From: an uncultured Gemmatimonadales bacterium
GTDB taxonomy: Bacteria > Gemmatimonadota > Gemmatimonadetes > Gemmatimonadales > GWC2-71-9
Assembly (NCBI GenBank): GCA_963795085.1
Contig: CAWCFX010000006.1
Span: forward strand, 1-64,000
Length of the DNA stretch: 64,000 nucleotides
Direction: 5' to 3'
The position numbers were made by a program, and so were the translations under genes. The notes beneath the pieces were generated by a model, which saw nothing but the letters and a program-made list of their open reading frames with translations, made no database searches and had not been told where the DNA came from. This document shows positions 57,370-64,000 of the stretch, piece by piece (within the stretch, counting starts at the first letter, position 1; each line of letters opens with the position of its first letter).

Positions 57370-59907
57370 ATGACGGCACTCCTCGGCATCCTGCTGGCCA
57401 TGCAGGCTCAGGCCCAGGGTCAGTTGACGGTTCCCTCCCCTTCAATTTCCAACAGCGTCCGCGCCACCGCGGCCAGCGAGGCCCCGGTGCTCGACGGGCT
57501 GGCGAATGAAGCCCTGTGGCAGCGCGCCCCGGTGATCGGGCAGTTCCGGGAGGCGCGGCCAACGGAGGATGCCGACCCCCGGGTGCGTACCGAGGCCCGG
57601 GTCGCGTACGATCCGCACTATCTCTATGTATTTGTCCGCGCCTTTGACCACCCCGACAGTCTCACCAGCCTGCTCTCCCGCCGCGACGACCAGACCGCGT
57701 CCGACCAGATCATCGTCATGATCGACAGCTATCACGACCGCCGTACCGGCTACGAGTTCGTGGTCAACCCGGCCGGCGTCAAGGTGGACTACGCGATCTA
57801 CAACGACGGCCAGGAGGACGATGCCTGGGACTCCATCTGGGACGTCGCCACCCGGGTGGACTCGCTGGGCTGGACGGCGGAGTACCGGATCCCGTTTTCC
57901 CAGTTGCGCTTCTCGCCGGCGGACGAGGTCACCTTCGGGTTCATGATCTGGCGATCGGTGCAGCGGCACACCTCCCAGAATACCTGGCCGCTCTACCGCC
58001 AGTCGCGCTCCGGGTTCGTGAGCCAGTTCGGAGAACTGACCGGGCTGGTGGGTCTGGCCCGCCCCAAGCGCGCCGAGATCACGCCGTATGTCCTGACCCG
58101 GAACGAACCCCGGTATGGAAGCGGTGAGATCACCCGGCACCAGCACGTGACCCTGGGCGGCGATCTCAAGTACGCGGTGGCCTCGAACCTGACCCTCAAC
58201 GCCACCATCAATCCCGACTTCGGCCAGGTCGAAGCCGACCCGGCCCAGCTCAACCTCTCGGCCTTCGAGACATTCTTCAGTGAGCGGCGCCCATTCTTCG
58301 TGGAGGGAGCCGGCACCTTCGACTTCCGGGTCAACTGTTTCATCGTGGTGGACTGCCAGACTGGAGAAGCACTGTTCTATTCCCGCCGCATCGGGCGCTC
58401 GCCGGAACTGGGCTACCTCTACGGCGATGCATCCTCGCCGGCGTCGTCCACCATCCTCGGCGCCGCCAAGTTGTCCGGCCGGCTCGCCAACGGGTTGTCG
58501 GTCGGGTTCCTGGACGCGGTCACCGACCGGATCGGGGGCGTTGGAGAAGCCACGATCGAACCGCCCACCAACTATGCGGTACTCCGCGCCAACCAGGACT
58601 ACGCCCAGGGCAGCGGGAGCGTGGGCGTGATGCTGACAGGGGTGAACCGGTCACTGGACCAGTGGACCGAGGACTACATGCACCGGGATGCCTACAGCGG
58701 CGGCATCGACGCCCGCCGGCGGCTGGGCCGGTTCGAATTCTCCGGGTCGGTCATGGGCAGCCGGGTGAGCGGGAGCCCCGAGGCGGTGGCGCTGACCCAG
58801 CGCGACCCGGTGCACTACTTCCAGCGGCCGGACGACAACCTGGCGTTCGATCCCACCCGCACCGCGCTGTCTGGCTTCGCGGGCGAACTGCGCTTCGGCA
58901 AGGTCGGCGGCACCCGCACCCGGTTCGAGACCGGCTATGCCCGCCGCTCGGCGGGGTTCGAGATCAACGATATCGGGTTCCTCAACCAGTCCGACCAGCA
59001 GACCTGGACCAACTGGTTCAACCTGCGGTGGAACGAGCCCAATGGCGTGTTCCAGCGCCTGTTCTGGAACTTCAACTGGTGGCAATACTGGACGCTCGAG
59101 GGGCTGCCGACCGACCGGGCCTTCAATACGAATGTTCATACCCAGTTCAACAACCGGTGGTGGCTGCACGCGGGCGGGACCGTGCAGATCGGGCAGACCT
59201 TCTGCGACCGGAATTGCACCCGCGGCGGGCCCGCGGTACGGACCGAGCCGTTCATCGCCCCCTGGGCCGGCATCGAGGGGGACAGCCGGCGGGCTCTGAA
59301 CCCTTCGTTCTGGGTCAACTTTTCGCGCAGCGATGAGGGCCGCAGCCAGTCCATCAACCTCAACCCGTCGGTCCGCTACAATGCGTCAGACCGGCTCAGC
59401 ACATCGCTCAGCCTGAATTTCCGCCGGAACCGGGACGATACCCAGTGGTACGGCAACTTCACCGACAGCACCGGGGCGGTGCGCCATACCCTGGCCCACC
59501 TCGAGCAGAAACAGGTCGGTATTACCTGGCGGATCAACTACACGTTCACCCCCGAGGCGACGCTCCAGTTCTATGCCAACCCGTTCGTCTCCAAGGGGAC
59601 GTTCAGCGACATTCGCGAAGTCGTCAACCCGCGGGCCCGGTCCTATGAGGACCGGTTCCAGCCCTACGACGATCCGGCCGTCAGCGCCAACCCGGGTGGA
59701 TTCAATTCGAAGCAATTTCGGTCCAACATGGTGTTTCGCTGGGAATACCGCCCCGGCTCCACCCTGTTCCTGGTCTGGAGCCAGGGCCGCGGGGCACGGG
59801 ACAACCTGGAAGGCGACCGGTCCTTCGGCGGGGACTTCAACGACCTGTTCGGAGCCCGGGCGGACGACCAGTTTCTGGTGAAGGTGTCGTACTGGTTGAA
59901 TCGGTGA
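57370..59907 (+). CDS. CBM9-like plus DUF5916 outer-membrane protein
   Basis: PVLDG...W, TEARVAYD, GWTAEYRIPFSQLRF, INPDFGQVEADP, ERRPFFVEG, FYSRRIG, FRWEYRPGSTLFLVW, KVSYW. Confidence 0.88.
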   Translation: MTALLGILLAMQAQAQGQLTVPSPSISNSVRATAASEAPVLDGLANEALWQRAPVIGQFREARPTEDADPRVRTEARVAYDPHYLYVFVRAFDHPDSLTSLLSRRDDQTASDQIIVMIDSYHDRRTGYEFVVNPAGVKVDYAIYNDGQEDDAWDSIWDVATRVDSLGWTAEYRIPFSQLRFSPADEVTFGFMIWRSVQRHTSQNTWPLYRQSRSGFVSQFGELTGLVGLARPKRAEITPYVLTRNEPRYGSGEITRHQHVTLGGDLKYAVASNLTLNATINPDFGQVEADPAQLNLSAFETFFSERRPFFVEGAGTFDFRVNCFIVVDCQTGEALFYSRRIGRSPELGYLYGDASSPASSTILGAAKLSGRLANGLSVGFLDAVTDRIGGVGEATIEPPTNYAVLRANQDYAQGSGSVGVMLTGVNRSLDQWTEDYMHRDAYSGGIDARRRLGRFEFSGSVMGSRVSGSPEAVALTQRDPVHYFQRPDDNLAFDPTRTALSGFAGELRFGKVGGTRTRFETGYARRSAGFEINDIGFLNQSDQQTWTNWFNLRWNEPNGVFQRLFWNFNWWQYWTLEGLPTDRAFNTNVHTQFNNRWWLHAGGTVQIGQTFCDRNCTRGGPAVRTEPFIAPWAGIEGDSRRALNPSFWVNFSRSDEGRSQSINLNPSVRYNASDRLSTSLSLNFRRNRDDTQWYGNFTDSTGAVRHTLAHLEQKQVGITWRINYTFTPEATLQFYANPFVSKGTFSDIREVVNPRARSYEDRFQPYDDPAVSANPGGFNSKQFRSNMVFRWEYRPGSTLFLVWSQGRGARDNLEGDRSFGGDFNDLFGARADDQFLVKVSYWLNR

Positions 59908-59950
59908 GAAGAAGAGAGAGTGAGAAGCGAGAAAGACTGGTGTCAGGGGC

Positions 59951-61312
59951 TCACGGGATCGGAGTCCAGCTCAGGCTCCGGTCCAGAACGTCCAGCGCGA
60001 AGTCCACGTCCGCGGCGGTGATGCACATCGGCGGCTTGATCCGGAGCACGTTGCCGGCGAGCCCGCCCTTCCCCAGCAGCAGGCCCTGCTCCCGGCAGTT
60101 CTCCAGGACCTGCAGCGTATCCGCCGAGGCGGGGGCCCGGGTCTCCCGGTCCTGCACCAACTCCATTCCCAGCATGAGGCCCATTCCCCGGACGTCACCC
60201 ACCTGCGGGTGGCGGTCCTGGAGTGCACGGAATCCCGCCAGCAGCCGCTGTCCCATGACCCGGGCGTTCTCCTGCAGCCCCTCCTCCTCGATCACGTCGA
60301 GCACCGCCAGGCCGGCCGCGGCGGATACCGGGTTGCCGCCAAAGGTGTTGAAATGGATCCGCTGGGCCAGTGACTCGGCGATCTCGCGCCGGGTGGTGAC
60401 CGCGGCCAGCGGGATGCCGTTGCCGATGCCTTTCGCCATCGTCACGATATCGGGCGTCACCCCGAAGGTCTCGAAGCCCCAGTAGTGATCGCCGGTACGG
60501 CCGAAGCCGGTCTGCACCTCGTCCGAGATGCACAGCCCGCCATGTTCCCGGGTCACGGCGTAGGCCTCCTTGAGAAAATTCGGCGCGCCATGAGTCACCC
60601 CGCCGACGCCCTGGATCGGCTCGGCGATAAAGGCGGCGACCTTTCCCGGCGTGGAGAAACGAATCAGTTCCCGGATATCCTGGGCGCTGGCGGTCGCGAT
60701 CTCCGCCGGGGTGCCCTCCACGGGGGAACGGTAGGGATCGGGACAGAGCGCGTGGTGCACACCCCCTGATGGCAGCGGGTATTTCCAGGTGTGATGCGAG
60801 GTGAGGTCCATCGCCGAGGGCGAACCGCCGTGATAGGCGTTCCGGAGGGCGATCACCTCCCGGTGCCCGGTGAACAGCCGGGCCATGGTCACCGCGAGGT
60901 CGTTGGCTTCGCTGCCGCTGTTGACGAAATAGGTGACATCCAGCCCCTCCGGCATCTTCGCGGCGAGTTTCTCGGCTAACCGGGGCAGGTTGGGATGCAG
61001 GTAGATCGTGGTGGCGTGCTGCAGGGTCCGCAGCTGTTCCTCGATGGCGGCCAGGACCCGGGGATGGCAATGGCCGACCGACACGGTGACGATGCCGCCC
61101 AGGAAATCGAGGTAGCGCCGCCCGGTCTCGTCGAACAGGTACTGCATCTTGCCCTCGACGACCATCAGCGGCTGGCGATACAGGGTAAAGACGGCGGGGT
61201 TCACGAACTCGCGCCGGAGGGCCAGGACCTCGTCGCGCGAGGGACCGGTGTAACGCCTGGGGGCGTAGTCGAAAGCCGGCATGGGGACCGGCAGGGTCTT
61301 GAGGTCGGTCAT
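59951..61312 (-). CDS. Class III PLP aminotransferase (AGXT2-like)
   Basis: G.RYLDFLGGIVTVSVGHCHP, NSGSEAND, AYHG, AEPIQG, DEVQTGFGRTG, AKGIGNG, NTFGGNP. Confidence 0.93.
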   Translation of the reverse strand: MTDLKTLPVPMPAFDYAPRRYTGPSRDEVLALRREFVNPAVFTLYRQPLMVVEGKMQYLFDETGRRYLDFLGGIVTVSVGHCHPRVLAAIEEQLRTLQHATTIYLHPNLPRLAEKLAAKMPEGLDVTYFVNSGSEANDLAVTMARLFTGHREVIALRNAYHGGSPSAMDLTSHHTWKYPLPSGGVHHALCPDPYRSPVEGTPAEIATASAQDIRELIRFSTPGKVAAFIAEPIQGVGGVTHGAPNFLKEAYAVTREHGGLCISDEVQTGFGRTGDHYWGFETFGVTPDIVTMAKGIGNGIPLAAVTTRREIAESLAQRIHFNTFGGNPVSAAAGLAVLDVIEEEGLQENARVMGQRLLAGFRALQDRHPQVGDVRGMGLMLGMELVQDRETRAPASADTLQVLENCREQGLLLGKGGLAGNVLRIKPPMCITAADVDFALDVLDRSLSWTPIP

Positions 61313-61319
61313 CCGCTTG

Positions 61320-61919
61320 TCACATGGAAGGGGTGAACATGATATGCGCCTTGGCCGTGCCGGCATTCATGATCCAGGGTCCGCCCGACCCCGGCTCGGC
61401 GGGCAGGCCGGTGGAGGCGGCGGTGGCATCCCTGACGTACACCACGTGCAGGGCCCGGCCCCGGATGGTGCCGGCCGCGGGGTCATAACTGCCGGCCTCG
61501 CCGGTAATCGAATAGAGCGCCGCGGGCCGGGAAGGAAACGATAGTCGCCCCGCCCGAATCTCCCGGAACCGCACGCTGTCCACCTGGTCTCCATCCACTC
61601 CGCTGGACCGTAGTGCGCGGCCCCGCGCCATGAACGGCTCCAGGGCGCGGTGGTAGCACACGGCCTGCACCCGCTGGCGAGACGGGTCGGGCGCCAGGCA
61701 GATCATCGCGCCGGACCCCGGGCGAAGCTCCCGGAGCTTGCCGTCCGCTCCGTACCCCATGACCCTCGCATCGGCCCGGAACGGAACCGGCGCCGGGGTC
61801 ACGGCGACCGCAATCTGCTGTGCTGGCGTAAGGATGAGGCCGGAGCCATCGGCCTGGGCACGCCCGGTCGCGGGCAATGAGACGGTCAGGACCATGGCCA
61901 GGGCAAGACGAGGGGTCAC
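61320..61919 (-). CDS. Secreted hypothetical protein
   Basis: Signal peptide; MICLA...VCYH..LEPFMARGR...GPWIM.AGT..AHIM; co-oriented with the aminotransferase. Confidence 0.75.
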   Translation of the reverse strand: MTPRLALAMVLTVSLPATGRAQADGSGLILTPAQQIAVAVTPAPVPFRADARVMGYGADGKLRELRPGSGAMICLAPDPSRQRVQAVCYHRALEPFMARGRALRSSGVDGDQVDSVRFREIRAGRLSFPSRPAALYSITGEAGSYDPAAGTIRGRALHVVYVRDATAASTGLPAEPGSGGPWIMNAGTAKAHIMFTPSM

Positions 61920-62008
61920 GGGTCAGTTCCGGTTGAGGTATGAAGAAGTGGCGGGACGCATGGAATGGAATCGCTCCAGGTGGGAATGGCAACGCGACTG
62001 AATCTTCC

Positions 62009-62043
62009 TTGACGCGGCGTCCGTCATTACGTACGATATATCG
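62009..62043 (+). promoter_or_regulatory. Sigma70-type promoter with overlapping palindromic operator upstream of PadR
   Basis: TTGACG(62009)-N17-TACGAT(62032); perfect palindrome CGATATATCG at 62034-62043. Confidence 0.7.
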
Positions 62044-62078
62044 GGCGTTATTCCGTACACCAATGAGGCAGATAAAAG

Positions 62079-62651
62079 ATGCGTAACTCCAAGGATGGGT
62101 GGGACTTCAGTGAGTTTTTTGCGGGATTCGGACCTCGCGGCTGGACCGGATCGTGGGGTCCGCCTAGGGGGCGGGGGCGCCGGAACCAGATGTTCGAGTC
62201 CGGAGAGGTCAAGTTCGTGATCCTCCGCCTGCTCAAGGAAAAACCCCGCCACGGCTACGAGGTCATCAAGGCGCTGGAAGAGAAGATGGGCGGCTGCTAC
62301 ACGCCGTCGGCGGGCACGGTGTACCCGACGCTGCAGTTGCTGGAAGACCAGGGCTATATCCGCGCCGAGGAGACGGATGGGAAGAAGGTGTATCACGTCA
62401 CCCCGGAGGGCGAGCAGTTCCTGGAGGAGAACCGGGACGTGCTCGAGGACATCATCGGGCGGGTCCGGGATACCGTGCGGGACTTTACCGGCGGGTCCAT
62501 GGGCCAGGTGCACACGGCGTTCGGCCGCCTGGCCAAGGTGACCTTCATGCGGGCGTACCGGAAGGGTCCCGAGGATCCGGCGCTCAAGCGGGTGGCAGAC
62601 ATCCTGGAGCAGGCCGCCAAAGACATCGAACAGGCCTGGGAGGGCAACTGA
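62079..62651 (+). CDS. PadR family transcriptional regulator
   Basis: ILRLLKEKPRHGYEVIKALEE...PSAGTVYPTLQLLEDQG...KKVYHVTPEG. Confidence 0.95.
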   Translation: MRNSKDGWDFSEFFAGFGPRGWTGSWGPPRGRGRRNQMFESGEVKFVILRLLKEKPRHGYEVIKALEEKMGGCYTPSAGTVYPTLQLLEDQGYIRAEETDGKKVYHVTPEGEQFLEENRDVLEDIIGRVRDTVRDFTGGSMGQVHTAFGRLAKVTFMRAYRKGPEDPALKRVADILEQAAKDIEQAWEGN

Positions 62652-62652
62652 C

Positions 62653-62919
62653 ATGTCATGGCATTTCTGGGTCTGGCCGCTGGTGATGATCTGGTTCTTC
62701 GGCATGCGGCGGGGGTGGGACTTCCGTCCCCGGGGCCGTCGTTATCCCAAGCGGGTGGATGCGCTGCCCGACCCTGTGCTGCTGGCCGAGTTGGACAGCC
62801 AGCGGAACGAGATCGGCGGGCTGGAGGCCCGGATGGCGGAACTGGAGAACCGCCTCGATTTCGCGGAGCGGCTGCTGGCCGGCCAAGGCGCCCGGGGCCG
62901 CGACCCTACCACCCGTTGA
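62653..62919 (+). CDS. Small membrane protein with coiled-coil tail
   Basis: N-terminal Trp-rich TM; LEARMAELENRLDFAERLL; starts 1 nt after the PadR stop. Confidence 0.75.
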   Translation: MSWHFWVWPLVMIWFFGMRRGWDFRPRGRRYPKRVDALPDPVLLAELDSQRNEIGGLEARMAELENRLDFAERLLAGQGARGRDPTTR

Positions 62920-64000
62920 CCCGGTCCCAGACATCCACGATCTCCTGGCCGCCCGCCACCACGTGATACCGGTCGTAGGCCGCGGCGGTCAGGCAGGCGT
63001 GGTTGGGCGCAATCCGGACTCGCCCCCCCACCGGCAGTTGCTCGAAGGGGAGCGCCGCCTCGCCGCGGGCGATGCCATGTTCCTGGTACACCCGCTCGAC
63101 GATGCACTCGCCGTACACCGGCGTGGCATCCATCCCCCAGACAAGCCCGTAGCCTGAGTCCTGGGGGCTCCGCTGGGTGCTGCGGTCCTTGGACAGTGCC
63201 AGCGCGCCGGCATCCAGCAGGACCTGGTTATCTCCTGGCCGCCGCCCGATGACCGAGGCCAGCACGGTCATCGCGATATCGGCCCGGGTGCAGGAGTGGA
63301 TGGCCGCCTGGAACAGGTCCTGGAACATGTACACGCCGGCCCGCACCTCGGTCACCCCGTCGAAGCGGGTGCCGTGCACCGCGGTCGGCGTGGAACCCAC
63401 CGAAACGACATCGCACCCCATACCCGCCGCCCGCAACCGCTCCGCCGCGGTCACTGCCGCGCGGCGCTCCGCCTCTGCGATCCGCTTGACTTCTTCGACC
63501 GAGCCGGCCGCATACGAATGGCCGGCGTGGGTGAGCACACCAGCCAGGTGGCTGCCCAGCGCCCGCCCGATGACCAGTAGCGCGCCGCTCGCCGGATCCA
63601 CGCCGCTGCGCCGCTCGCCCGAGTCCACCTCGATGAGCGCCCGCACCGGCAGCGGGTGGGCGCCGAGGAGGCTCGCGGTCTCCGGGTCATCCGTCAGAAG
63701 CGTGAGCCCGATCCCCTGGCTCACCAGCTCGGCGGCGCGGCGCAGCTTGGCCGGCGTGATGGCGGCCGCCAGGACGAGATCCGTGAATCCGTGCCGGGCG
63801 AAGTATTCAGCCTCCGCCAGCGTCGAAACAGTGATGCCGCCGGCCGCGGCGGCGGTCGCCAGCCCGGCCACCGCCACCGATTTCGCCGTCTTGAGATGGG
63901 GCCGCAGAGCCACGCCGTGGGCCTCCATGCGGGCACGCATGCGGGCCAGGTTTCGCTCCAGGATGCTGCGGTCCAGCACCAGGCAGGGGGTATCGATCTC
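62906..64000 (-). CDS. DSD1 / D-threonine aldolase-like PLP enzyme (alanine racemase fold); 5' end off window
   Basis: DTPCLVLD...LRPHLKTAK, LTHAGHSY, VGSTPT, EVRAGVY, DAGALALSKD, QEHG, PNHAC. Confidence 0.92.
   Translation of the reverse strand, partial: EIDTPCLVLDRSILERNLARMRARMEAHGVALRPHLKTAKSVAVAGLATAAAAGGITVSTLAEAEYFARHGFTDLVLAAAITPAKLRRAAELVSQGIGLTLLTDDPETASLLGAHPLPVRALIEVDSGERRSGVDPASGALLVIGRALGSHLAGVLTHAGHSYAAGSVEEVKRIAEAERRAAVTAAERLRAAGMGCDVVSVGSTPTAVHGTRFDGVTEVRAGVYMFQDLFQAAIHSCTRADIAMTVLASVIGRRPGDNQVLLDAGALALSKDRSTQRSPQDSGYGLVWGMDATPVYGECIVERVYQEHGIARGEAALPFEQLPVGGRVRIAPNHACLTAAAYDRYHVVAGGQEIVDVWDRVNGW

Overview
High-GC bacterial chromosomal window. The gene content (GWxTD paralogs, many Hanks kinases, Ig-repeat lipoproteins, DUF5916) suggests a Gemmatimonadota-like organism; this is inference. 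In order: a partial class II ribonucleotide reductase (nrdJ); two large Ig/FN3 surface lipoproteins; a stressosome operon (rsbR-rsbS-rsbT-ATPase/PP2C-HK-hybrid HK); a hydrolase, gamma-carbonic-anhydrase-family gene and Ser/Thr kinase; an envelope cluster (two GWxTD, Omp85-like, amidase); an FHA-kinase-PP2C-FHA/trypsin operon; a peptidoglycan-recycling operon (murQ-anmK-nagZ-Na+/solute symporter); ggt; paralogous glycine-zipper lipoproteins (one frameshifted); transporters, ccdA, Fur, TIGR00300, a TonB receptor, DUF5916, a class III aminotransferase, PadR and a partial PLP enzyme. The most unusual layer is intergenic. (1) A GxxExxY nuclease-family gene is bracketed by about 20-bp inverted repeats, and the same repeats bound two gene-less ~130-bp MITE-like copies and a third remnant. 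(2) A four-helix-bundle (IVS/Avd-like) gene is bracketed by inverted arrays of short tandem repeats; a similar gene-less pair of inverted arrays and several orphan 7-8-mer arrays occur elsewhere, one apparently inside the nrdJ coding sequence. No rRNA, tRNA, CRISPR array or recognisable transposase was seen. All product calls come from motif recognition by eye, not database searches.
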